DNA from: Thainema sp.
GTDB lineage: Bacteria; Cyanobacteriota; Cyanobacteriia; Phormidesmidales; Phormidesmidaceae
NCBI GenBank assembly: GCA_052168235.1
Contig: JBQLZK010000053.1
Location: 1-52,701 of the forward strand
Length of the DNA: 52,701 nt
Direction of reading: 5' to 3'
Below are positions 21,801 to 30,048 of this stretch, one piece after another. A program made the position numbers and the translations under genes. Below the pieces are notes generated by a model, which worked only from the letters and a program-made list of their open reading frames with translations, did not search any database and was not told where the DNA came from. The stretch's first letter is position 1, and each line of letters begins with the position of its first letter.

Positions 21801-24642
21801 GCTCTGGCTCAGAGGGAGCTGGCCCAGACGGGATGACGTTTGTATCGTCTAAATCTGCCGCAAAGTCCTCCAGACGGGCCGATTCATCCTCAACTGGCAT
21901 CGGCGTATCGGCATCAGAGGTTGGGAAATCAGCCCAGAACCGATCGAGCGTTACATTGTCACCCATATCACTTGGCTCACTCTCGCGGGCTGCAGGAGTG
22001 CTTTCCGCGTCAGTGAAAGGAGAATCATCAAAATCTGCTGTGAACTCGGCCAGTGTATCATCCGCTTCCGCTTCCGCCTCGGCTGAGGACTCAAATACAT
22101 GAGGCCGAGTGCTGCTATCCCTGGTCTGAGCGGTATCATCGGTTTCCCGCCGACGAGCATCATCTGACACATCAAAATCGGCACTGAAATTGGCCAGCGA
22201 CGCCGCATCGGGATCGACATCTTCTAAATTTTCAACGCCTTCCAGTTCCGACAAATCGGCACTCAACTGCTGTAGCGTATCGTCATCCAAAATAAAGTCG
22301 AGCGGCTGCACCGATGGCTTGGCAACAGGCTCAGCCAATAGGTCTTCGATGTAGCTTGCTGAAGCTGGTGATTGATCTGAAGACGGCTGATTTGGTGTAA
22401 AAGATGAGAGTTTGGTATCGGTTGGAATCAGGTCTACCGATTCATCTGCGATCGCACTTATTCCATCACCCTCAGCAACAGGTGCAACCGCAGACTCGTC
22501 GCGAACGATTTCTTCAATTGTTTCTTCCGAAATAGGTGCCGTTTCTGCCGTTACACCTGCATCCGCATCATCAGCCCAATCAAAAACAGCATCGCTCTCA
22601 GAGGTTTGCTCCGCTATCTGATCGGTCACCGGCTCAACTTCCGCTACCTGATCAACCTGATCTACCTGATCTACCTGATCGATTTGATTTATCTGATCTA
22701 CCTGATTTATCTGGTCTATCTGATCGGTTTGGCTCGGCTCGGCCACTGGCTCAACGGGTACTGGCTCGACGGGTCGAGATTCCGAACTGGGTTGGGCCTG
22801 TTCTAAGTCTGCGTTCTCGATAGGTTCAACATGTTCAACTGACGGAGCTGCTGGCTCCTCAGCCGTATTCTGCACAGCGACATCAGCCTGCTGAGCATAT
22901 TCCAACGCGGATAACTCTGCCTGCTGCAGGGCATCGTCAATCGCCTGCTCCAGATCGGTATCCAAGTCCACCTGATTCAGCAACATTTCCGTCGCTTCAT
23001 AGTCTGTCGCAGAAACTGCCTCTTCCAGGCTAGGAGCATTATTTTGGCCGAGGAGACTGGCGTAAAATTCGCCTAGCGCTTGCTGAATTTGCGGTGCGGT
23101 ATCGGTGCCGATAAACGATTCGAGCTGATCGAATGGGTCAGTCGATTCAGTCTCCTCAGCGAAATCAACGGCTTCAGGTGCGATCGCATTGGCTTCACCC
23201 ATCTCCGCGTCTGCTTCTGCTTCAGACATTTCTTCTATTTCTTCAAATATCGCGTCTGATGGAGCTACCGCAGGCGATGCAGTTAATGATGTATTTGTAT
23301 CAGTTTCATCAACTTCATTAACTTCTGTATTAACTGGCGATACATCTTCCAACGACGGCAGCTCTAAATCGAGTGAGGCCAAATCTAGACTGGTTACTTG
23401 TGAGGCTTTTCCCGTATCCTCTAAAGCCGCCGATTCAGGTGGTATGGGCATTACCAGTGCCTGATGGGTCAGGGCATCAAACTGTAAATCATTAGATTCT
23501 AGAGAATTCAGAAACTCCAGAGCCCGAGCTTGGACAGATTCCGCAATGACGATGTCCTCATCTAGGCTGCTGCTCTGATCGGCAGTGGTACTCGCTGTGG
23601 TTTCAAGCGGAACGACCGGGGTATCAGCATCAGCTGCCGCGATCGCACTACCAGACACATTCAAATCAACCCGTGGCTCTGTCCCTAGGAAGTCTCCCGT
23701 CGGCTCATCTGAGGTTAATAGCGTTGCGATCGCATCTAAATTCTCAGAATCCGCCAAGTCCGCATCCGTCGGTTGCCAAGGTAGCACAGACTGCAAATAG
23801 GCCGAGGTTTCTCGACCAAGCTGCTGCGCCAGATGACTGACCAGCACATTAATTAACGGTTCACCCGATGCGCCCAGACTTTGCACCGTGTCCAAACCCT
23901 CCGCCAGAGAAGTCTGGTAACTCTCCACATTTTGCTGAAGTGAGGCAGAAAGGGTCGTCAGCGTCACATCCAGCTCCTGCATCAACTGGTCAATCCGCTG
24001 CTGAAGCTGCTGAAGCTTGGCCAGACGCTGTTCCGGCGAAAGGGCTGCCGTTTCTGGTTCAGAAGCCGACGCTGACGCCGACAACAAGGGGGTAGCAGCC
24101 GACGTGAGCTGGGGCTGAATTTGGCTAACAGCGTGCTGAAGCTGAGCCGACAGCGACTGCTGCATTTCACTAATCAGCGCTTCCAAAAACTCGGCAATCG
24201 ACTGCTCACTGGCAGAACGAGCAGGCGAAATTGCGCCAGCACTTGTCTCCGGTACAGCAGACACAATAGACGGTGCAACTTGTTCAATTTCTCCCATCAG
24301 CCGCTGTCGCTGTCGCTGAAGATCGTCGATCTGCGATCGCATCGGCTGCATGACGTTGGTGCGTAAATATTCCACTTCTTGCAGCACGGCTTGGAGCACC
24401 TGCTGAGCGGTTTCGGCAGGCACCTCCGCCAGTCCAAGTTGGGACGATGAGGCATTGGGCAAGGCAGCACTGGTCCCTTGGGAGCGCTGCAGATCCACCA
24501 GATACTGACGGGTGCGCTCCAGAAGCTGACGCTGTTGCGAGGTTTCATGGGATGCCACCCAAGGTAGGCGTGGACTCGCCTGACTCAACAGCGTATCAAT
24601 TTCTTGAATGATGGCTTGAACTTGATTGTCTTGGGAAGTCAC
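18889..24642 (-). CDS. Giant protein: N-terminal coiled coil, long acidic low-complexity region, C-terminal Hsp70/actin-like ATPase-fold domain
   Basis: WYLGLDIGATG, SYPTNWP, GGDALDQDI and ICTGGTASFP motifs; probable GTG start at 24642 after an AGGGG RBS. Confidence 0.8.
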   Translation of the reverse strand: MTSQDNQVQAIIQEIDTLLSQASPRLPWVASHETSQQRQLLERTRQYLVDLQRSQGTSAALPNASSSQLGLAEVPAETAQQVLQAVLQEVEYLRTNVMQPMRSQIDDLQRQRQRLMGEIEQVAPSIVSAVPETSAGAISPARSASEQSIAEFLEALISEMQQSLSAQLQHAVSQIQPQLTSAATPLLSASASASEPETAALSPEQRLAKLQQLQQRIDQLMQELDVTLTTLSASLQQNVESYQTSLAEGLDTVQSLGASGEPLINVLVSHLAQQLGRETSAYLQSVLPWQPTDADLADSENLDAIATLLTSDEPTGDFLGTEPRVDLNVSGSAIAAADADTPVVPLETTASTTADQSSSLDEDIVIAESVQARALEFLNSLESNDLQFDALTHQALVMPIPPESAALEDTGKASQVTSLDLASLDLELPSLEDVSPVNTEVNEVDETDTNTSLTASPAVAPSDAIFEEIEEMSEAEADAEMGEANAIAPEAVDFAEETESTDPFDQLESFIGTDTAPQIQQALGEFYASLLGQNNAPSLEEAVSATDYEATEMLLNQVDLDTDLEQAIDDALQQAELSALEYAQQADVAVQNTAEEPAAPSVEHVEPIENADLEQAQPSSESRPVEPVPVEPVAEPSQTDQIDQINQVDQINQIDQVDQVDQVDQVAEVEPVTDQIAEQTSESDAVFDWADDADAGVTAETAPISEETIEEIVRDESAVAPVAEGDGISAIADESVDLIPTDTKLSSFTPNQPSSDQSPASASYIEDLLAEPVAKPSVQPLDFILDDDTLQQLSADLSELEGVENLEDVDPDAASLANFSADFDVSDDARRRETDDTAQTRDSSTRPHVFESSAEAEAEADDTLAEFTADFDDSPFTDAESTPAARESEPSDMGDNVTLDRFWADFPTSDADTPMPVEDESARLEDFAADLDDTNVIPSGPAPSEPEPTESTETMEVIIDRLFFNLNQAEQESENINVDINVDDTDSGVTLDEFGQAIGSKADAADAARIDADDADTDSAVSSVTSPSATASEKIDDEGDAENESLTDQVLDRLFQDSASPKSETDTQTLTIDGVFGDFAIPDAPAVSSTPTNQANASDSATDPTEDTRADDAANDADRATDQPVDATEDDPTDLFNGLGTEQSGHHRLDELDQHESLGKIEPLDWQSNSDEELAGDVVPDLTADLLDSSLLDNDLSTDAIAPVLKTDIKPVTPIDHPEAVANEAATALMTLDEPELEPATPKPLTLDPQAQDQEWYLGLDIGATGISAVLLNRQTQAQHPLFWTTTETHLAERPQRYFRLPNTVQYTAPSHQTANHPDLQPVGLCFDLAGLSASSIQSAIAPVDSAPSAQSAVKLHRLKPFLKYGVPYLSPAEPEQGEAVLTLEPSVRWSAEQTLPLAHLQQGLQVLLETLTVQSAEAPLCCSAVDLSQHTLYTVLRVLSGVIVSYPTNWPDTYSFNIREAILEAQLVEDPAEIFFVDNAIAALLSALPHPNTAHQLDVGVIQAHPQTVQSGNTLVLSAGALTSEFGLVELPDPLSELSFDAFDLRSIAYGGDALDQDIVCYLLYPQAMQQIQPDQPLLPALTPTRQVSSSVDAEGSDSGNAELSTMTSDWDFQLTYDGDLVSAWQALELDQLALPRQGEPDLQHREQLRQRLQSSRLGQSLLQAAQHLKILLQQQAQMTIAINNIRWVIERQDFERQILLPYVQLLNRHLNTLFSKSGIATEGIRQAICTGGTASFPAIARWLRQKLPNATVIQDTYAANRPPSCSRIAYGLVNLVYYPQALDIARQQYNDYFLLLEILRSFPQQPLTIHQMMQQLERFGINTQACYFHIMALLEGHLPPGLVPAMSAHSPLQTHAAAQARHKALLVQPLFHKGKGQQYIPNPAQRERLQQYLDLLLAEKHQALTEPLITQLLMD
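22645..22725 (-). repeat. Intragenic 9-bp tandem repeat encoding (D/N)Q(V/I) units
   Basis: About nine degenerate copies of ACCTGATCT, encoding DQIDQINQVDQINQIDQVDQVDQVDQV. Confidence 0.85.
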
Positions 24643-25241
24643 CGTAAAACCCCTGAATGCACTGCGGTCTCCGACTAAAATACGCCCTAGCGGATGTGAT
24701 CCGTTGAAGCGGAATGATATCGAATATTGAGCAAAAGGTATCGTTATCTCAACACAGCGATACGTGATTGGGTAATTAAGAGCATGATTTGTGTTGTGTA
24801 GGCGCGGCCCGCGCAACACAAAATTACCGTTTGAACACTACCCGTGATTGGTGATAGCACAAATTAATCAAGATGAATCAACATCTGCTGATTTTTCCTA
24901 ATTTTCACTGAGAGCTGGACAATCCAACCAACAAGTTTAGTAAACCTGGCAGTTTACTAAACCGCCACGGTTAAAACGGTCAAATTTCCCGATCTGGGTT
25001 TTGATGCAAGATGTAAGTGTTTCAAAAAAGTGAGTTATGCTATCCTGTGTCTGCTCTTGAATGTTGTAAGTCTGGCCAAATTTGTAACCTAGATTTAGCT
25101 ATTCTGATTCGGAGGCAACAGACGAGACAAAAGTGGCAAGATAAAAGTAGATGCTCCAGATTTGCCTAAATTCCGCCGCTTGTGGAATTTGAGTAGGTTA
25201 CTGGGGCTTTGACCCATATGACTTGATGGTGCAAACACCTC

Positions 25242-25946
25242 ATGGACGATCGATATAATTCTCGCGATGCTAATTCCGGTAAAGAGCTGATTCGCTCAGC
25301 TCCATTTTTTGCTGACTTGCCAGAAGAAGCCGTCGAGCGAGCAATTTTCCATGTGGTGATGCGCAGCCATCCTGCCAACCAAGTCATCCTGCTGGAAAAT
25401 GACTGGGGCAGCTCCGTCTACTTCATCCTAGAAGGCTGGGTCAAAATCCGCACCTATAATCTAGACGGCAAAGAAGTCACACTTAATATTATTGGTAAAG
25501 GTGAGCTGTTCGGCGAAATGGCTCCGCTAGATGAAGTACCCCGCTCAACGGATGTAATCACCCTCGCTCCCACGGTGATTGGCAATATGCCCGCTCAAGA
25601 TTTCGTCCATCTCATTCACTCGGAGCCGCTAGCCGGTATTCGATTGGCTCAGTTAATGGCGCGTCGTCTCCGTCAGGTCAACCGACGGCTACGACTGCGG
25701 GAATCGGACAGTATGTCGCGGGTCGCCGATATCATTCTGTTTTTGGCGGATGGTCAAGGCAAACAGGGAAATGAAGGGGTGGAAATTCCCAATCTGCCGC
25801 ACCGTGAACTCAGCAGCTTGAGTGGTCTAGCGCGCGAAACCGTCACCCGTGTCTTGAGCAAGCTAGAGAAAAAAGGCTTAATCACCCGCGATCGCGATAT
25901 CCTCTGCATTCCAAATATCGACGCCCTAGAGCGCCTGCTGGTCTAA
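25242..25946 (+). CDS. crp: CRP/FNR family transcriptional regulator, probably a cAMP receptor
   Basis: cNMP pocket FGEM...PRST; HTH ARETVTRVL. Confidence 0.88.
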   Translation: MDDRYNSRDANSGKELIRSAPFFADLPEEAVERAIFHVVMRSHPANQVILLENDWGSSVYFILEGWVKIRTYNLDGKEVTLNIIGKGELFGEMAPLDEVPRSTDVITLAPTVIGNMPAQDFVHLIHSEPLAGIRLAQLMARRLRQVNRRLRLRESDSMSRVADIILFLADGQGKQGNEGVEIPNLPHRELSSLSGLARETVTRVLSKLEKKGLITRDRDILCIPNIDALERLLV

Positions 25947-26088
25947 CGAGATTGCTGATTGTGATTAATCATCAAGAACTGTAGAGAGGCGTGAATATCT
26001 CTCAGCAACGTGCGATAGCGTTAAGTTAGAGGGTCGAATTCTCCCTCTCTTCGCCACGGCTGATGTTGCTATAGGGAGTAACGTCATT

Positions 26089-26625
26089 ATGGAAATCAAC
26101 CGGGTTTTGGTTGCGCTCGACCAGTCTAATCAAGCGCAGACGGTGTTTGAAGAAGCATTGAAATTAGCAACGAGTAACAATGCGGCTTTATTGATCTTTC
26201 AGTGTATTCAAGATGAACTCAGCTCCTATTCGATTGGGCTAACCGAGCAGTTCGGTATGTCGCCTCATCTGTTTGAGCAGGCGTATCAAACCCGCGCGGC
26301 TCAGGTTGAGCAGCAGGTGCAGGCAACACTGAATGTCCTGCGATCGCACCAGCGCACTGCAACGGATGCTGGACTGATTGCGGAATTTGATTACAAGATG
26401 GGCGACCCCGGTAGCTGGATCTGTCGGATGGCGAAACAGTGGAACGCCGATGTGATTGTGATGGGACGGCGGGGTCGCAGTGGTCTAACCGAAGTCTTCT
26501 TGGGCAGCGTCAGCAACTATGTGCTGCATCATGCTCCTTGCTCAGTGTTTATCGTGCAGCCGCCACCAGTTGTTGAATCCCCTAATCACAATATTGAGTC
26601 AACTGAGACAGCATCTGTTGGTTAA
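26089..26625 (+). CDS. Universal stress protein
   Basis: ADVIVMGRRGRSG...LGSVSNYVLHHAPCSV. Confidence 0.95.
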   Translation: MEINRVLVALDQSNQAQTVFEEALKLATSNNAALLIFQCIQDELSSYSIGLTEQFGMSPHLFEQAYQTRAAQVEQQVQATLNVLRSHQRTATDAGLIAEFDYKMGDPGSWICRMAKQWNADVIVMGRRGRSGLTEVFLGSVSNYVLHHAPCSVFIVQPPPVVESPNHNIESTETASVG

Positions 26626-26692
26626 CGACCTGCGATAGATTCATCAAAACGGCATTTTTCCTACAATCGGGGCGATTCTCACAGATTTAGGT

Positions 26693-27685
26693 ATGAATGC
26701 CGAAAATTCCGTAACAACAGCTTGGGACAAGGCTCAAGCCATGTTTGATGGTTTGGTGCTGCTTTTGCCCAACATCATCATTGCACTGGTTGTTTTTACT
26801 TTATTCTTTTTCATTGCGATCGCAATCCGGCGGGCGGTTCGGCGGCTGACCCGGCAGCGACAGCAGGGACGCAACCTGGGATTAGTACTGGGGCGGCTTA
26901 GCCAGGGATTGATTCTACTCGCTGGCTTATTTGTTGCCCTCTCCATCGTTTTTCCCTCCTTCCGCGCCGATGATTTGGTGCAGCTTTTAGGAATTAGCGG
27001 AGTCGCCATTGGCTTTGCCTTCCGCGACATTCTACAGAACTTTCTGGCCGGGATTTTGATTCTGCTAACTGAGCCGTTTCAGATCAACGACCAGATTATT
27101 TTTAACGACTTTGAAGGCACGGTCGAAAATATTGAAACTCGCGCTACCACGATTCGCACCTATGATGGCCGCCGCGTCGTAATTCCCAATGCGGAACTGT
27201 TCACCAACTCCGTCACGGTGAACACCGCATTCGACAATCGTCGCCTGGAATATGACATCGGCATTGGCTACGGAGACGATATCGCCACGGCTAAGCGACT
27301 GATTTTAGAAGCGATTCGCAGCGCTCCAGATGTGCTGAGCGATCCGGCTCCAGATGCCCTAGTCGTCGATCTAGCGGAAAGTACCGTGAACATTCGAGCC
27401 CGCTGGTGGATTCGGCCACCGCGTCGCGCTGACTATCTGGATGCGCAGGATCAGGTGCTAACTGCGATCTCAGAAAAGCTAACGGCCAACGGCATCGACA
27501 TGCCCTTCCCGACGCAGCAAATTCTCTTCCACGACCAGACCGAAGAAACCGATGGCGATCGCACGCGTCAGCGTGAGGGTTGGCCTGCGGGTTCGGGCAA
27601 GGCACCCCGGCCCCGCTCAATTAGCGACGGGCTGCATCAGCTCGCCTCAGTGAGTGAAGCAAACGGCAATGGTAATGGGAGTTAG
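26693..27685 (+). CDS. Small-conductance mechanosensitive channel (MscS family)
   Basis: IGFAFRDILQNFLAG, PFQINDQI, EGTVENI and IPNAELF motifs. Confidence 0.93.
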   Translation: MNAENSVTTAWDKAQAMFDGLVLLLPNIIIALVVFTLFFFIAIAIRRAVRRLTRQRQQGRNLGLVLGRLSQGLILLAGLFVALSIVFPSFRADDLVQLLGISGVAIGFAFRDILQNFLAGILILLTEPFQINDQIIFNDFEGTVENIETRATTIRTYDGRRVVIPNAELFTNSVTVNTAFDNRRLEYDIGIGYGDDIATAKRLILEAIRSAPDVLSDPAPDALVVDLAESTVNIRARWWIRPPRRADYLDAQDQVLTAISEKLTANGIDMPFPTQQILFHDQTEETDGDRTRQREGWPAGSGKAPRPRSISDGLHQLASVSEANGNGNGS

Positions 27686-27750
27686 CGGCGTAAACGGCAT
27701 GGGAACTTTATCAGTAGCTAGAGCTTAATAAATTTCCCGCCGTTTCCCTC

Positions 27751-29937
27751 ATGAACCCACAGCAGTCTCCCAAACACAAAGCGTTTCCACTCCAGCTTGT
27801 GCTGGTTGTTCCCTTCGTCCTCCAGACCTTTGCAGTCGTTGCTTTGGTTGGCTTCCTGTCGTTCCAAAATAGTCAGCAAGCGGTTAATAACTTGGCGGAT
27901 CAGCTCATTAGTCGCACCAGCGATGTCGTCAATGAACACCTAACGTCCTATCTGGCCGTTCCGCAAACGCTGAATCAGATCAATGCTGATGCGATTCGTA
28001 GAGGTTTACTGGACGTGCGCGATCGCGAAGCTGTGGGTCAATACTTCTGGGATCAGATGCAGGCCTATGACCTGACGTACATCGGCATTGGGTTAACCAC
28101 GGGTGAAGGACTGGGAGCCGCCCGGTACGACGGCAAAACGATCACAGTTGAGGACTGGACGGCAACGCTGCCCAACAACGTGACCAACTATGCCGTTGAC
28201 GATCGGGGCAATCGGGTTCAAGTAAACGGCAACTGGGATTGGGATAATTTCAATGAGCCTTGGTATCTCGAACCCGTAGCCGCAGGTAAACCGATTTGGG
28301 CCGAGGTGGTTACGGCCAACTTTCCCACCGGCCCCTACATCACAGCCTCGGCGAGTCGCCCCATCTACGATGGACAAAATCGTCTGCTGGGCATGATCGC
28401 CACGGATATTCACCTCCTAAAGCTGAGCGATTTTCTAGAGAACGTAGCGACTAACCAGAGCCAGTCTGGCCAGATCTTCATCGTTGAGCGGGATGGCAAC
28501 TTAATTGCAAATGCCGGGACAAAAAAGCCGTTTACGCTCATTGGTCAAGACATCCAGCGGTTGCAGGCGGTTGACAGCCCCGATCCGGTTATTCAGACCA
28601 TTGCCAAACATATTCAAAGCTCTGACGGTTTTCAATCGATTGCTCAGGGCACCGACTTCCATATTGACGTGCAGGGAGAACCCTATTTTGTCCGGGTAAA
28701 TCCGTGGCAAGACCAGCATGGACTTGATTGGCTAGTGGTGACCAGCGTGCCGGAAAGCGCCTTTATGGCTCAGATTAATGCCAATACGCGCACCACCATC
28801 CTGCTCTGCATCGGGGCATTGGTCGTTGCTTCGGTGATGGGTGGGTTTACCTCCCGCTGGATTGCCCGTCCGATCTTGCGCCTGAATCAAGCTAGTAAAG
28901 CAATGGCAGCAGGCGATCTCGATCAAACAGTTGAAACCAGCCAGATTCAGGAACTCAACACCCTGTCCAGTTCCTTTAATCACATGACGGGGCGACTCAA
29001 CGAGCTGTTTACCGCGCTGGAGCGCAGTAAAGAAGAACTCGAAGATCGGGTCGAAGAGCGTACCGCAGAGCTGAAAACGACGCTGGCGGAGCTGCAGCGG
29101 ACGCAGTCGCAGGTAATTCAAAGCGAAAAAATGTCGAGTCTGGGGCAGTTGGTGGCTGGCGTTGCCCATGAAATCAATAATCCGGTCAATTTCATTCACG
29201 GCAACCTGGCCCACGTGCAGACCTATACCCAGGACTTACTTAGTTTTATTCAGCTCTATCAGCAGCGTAATCCCCATCCGGATCCCGAAATTGACATAGT
29301 GGCTGAGGAGATTGATCTGGAGTTTGTGCGGGACGATCTGCCCAAAATGCTGGCCTCGATGAAGCTGGGCACCGATCGGATTCGTCAGATCGTGCTGTCC
29401 CTGCGCAACTTTTCTCGTATGGACGAAGCAGAGTATAAGGCGGTTGATATTCACGAAGGTATCGACAGCACGCTGCTGATTTTGCAGCATCGCCTCAAAG
29501 CCCACCCGGAACGGCCCGAAATTGAAGTGATTAAAGACTACGACCCGCTGCCGCTGGTGGAATGCTATGCCGGACAGCTTAACCAGGTGTTTATGAATAT
29601 CCTGGTAAATGCCATTGATGCTATCGACGAACAGATTGCTCGACGTACCTATCAAGAGCGGAAGGATCATCCGGGTCGAATTACCATTCGCACATCAGTT
29701 GTGGATGCCACCTGGATCGAAATTGCGATCGCAGATAACGGCGGCGGCATTCCAGCAGCGGTGCAGCAGCGCATCTTTGATCCGTTTTTCACGACGAAAC
29801 CTCTGGGCAAAGGAACGGGCATGGGCATGTCAATCAGCTACCAAATCGTCACCGAGCGCCATAACGGCAAACTAGAGTGTTTCTCAACTCTTGGGGAAGG
29901 GACGGAATTTGTTGTTCGCATTCCACTGCGGCAGTAG
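27751..29937 (+). CDS. Membrane sensor histidine kinase (Cache-HAMP-HisKA-HATPase)
   Basis: Two TM segments, VAHEINNP H-box, QVFMNILVNA, FDPFFTTKPLGKGTGMG. Confidence 0.94.
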   Translation: MNPQQSPKHKAFPLQLVLVVPFVLQTFAVVALVGFLSFQNSQQAVNNLADQLISRTSDVVNEHLTSYLAVPQTLNQINADAIRRGLLDVRDREAVGQYFWDQMQAYDLTYIGIGLTTGEGLGAARYDGKTITVEDWTATLPNNVTNYAVDDRGNRVQVNGNWDWDNFNEPWYLEPVAAGKPIWAEVVTANFPTGPYITASASRPIYDGQNRLLGMIATDIHLLKLSDFLENVATNQSQSGQIFIVERDGNLIANAGTKKPFTLIGQDIQRLQAVDSPDPVIQTIAKHIQSSDGFQSIAQGTDFHIDVQGEPYFVRVNPWQDQHGLDWLVVTSVPESAFMAQINANTRTTILLCIGALVVASVMGGFTSRWIARPILRLNQASKAMAAGDLDQTVETSQIQELNTLSSSFNHMTGRLNELFTALERSKEELEDRVEERTAELKTTLAELQRTQSQVIQSEKMSSLGQLVAGVAHEINNPVNFIHGNLAHVQTYTQDLLSFIQLYQQRNPHPDPEIDIVAEEIDLEFVRDDLPKMLASMKLGTDRIRQIVLSLRNFSRMDEAEYKAVDIHEGIDSTLLILQHRLKAHPERPEIEVIKDYDPLPLVECYAGQLNQVFMNILVNAIDAIDEQIARRTYQERKDHPGRITIRTSVVDATWIEIAIADNGGGIPAAVQQRIFDPFFTTKPLGKGTGMGMSISYQIVTERHNGKLECFSTLGEGTEFVVRIPLRQ

Positions 29938-29982
29938 GTTGCTTAGGACTGCGAATTAAATAGCCTGTAAACCGTTCCATCC

Positions 29983-30011
29983 GTAGGGACACGGCAATGC
30001 CGTGTCCCTAC
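29983..30011. repeat. GTAG-type REP-like palindrome between convergent genes
   Basis: GTAGGGACACGGCA-a-TGCCGTGTCCCTAC. Confidence 0.8.
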
Positions 30012-30048
30012 CCCAAATATTGCACCTTATTGAATCCACGCTCCTGAA

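Noticed and set aside
22606..22806. Plus-strand ORF with YLI repeats
   Set aside because: Antisense shadow of the 9-bp repeat in the giant gene.
24643..24819. 59-codon N-terminal extension of the giant ORF
   Set aside because: Composition is unlike the rest of the protein, and a better RBS plus GTG lies at 24642.
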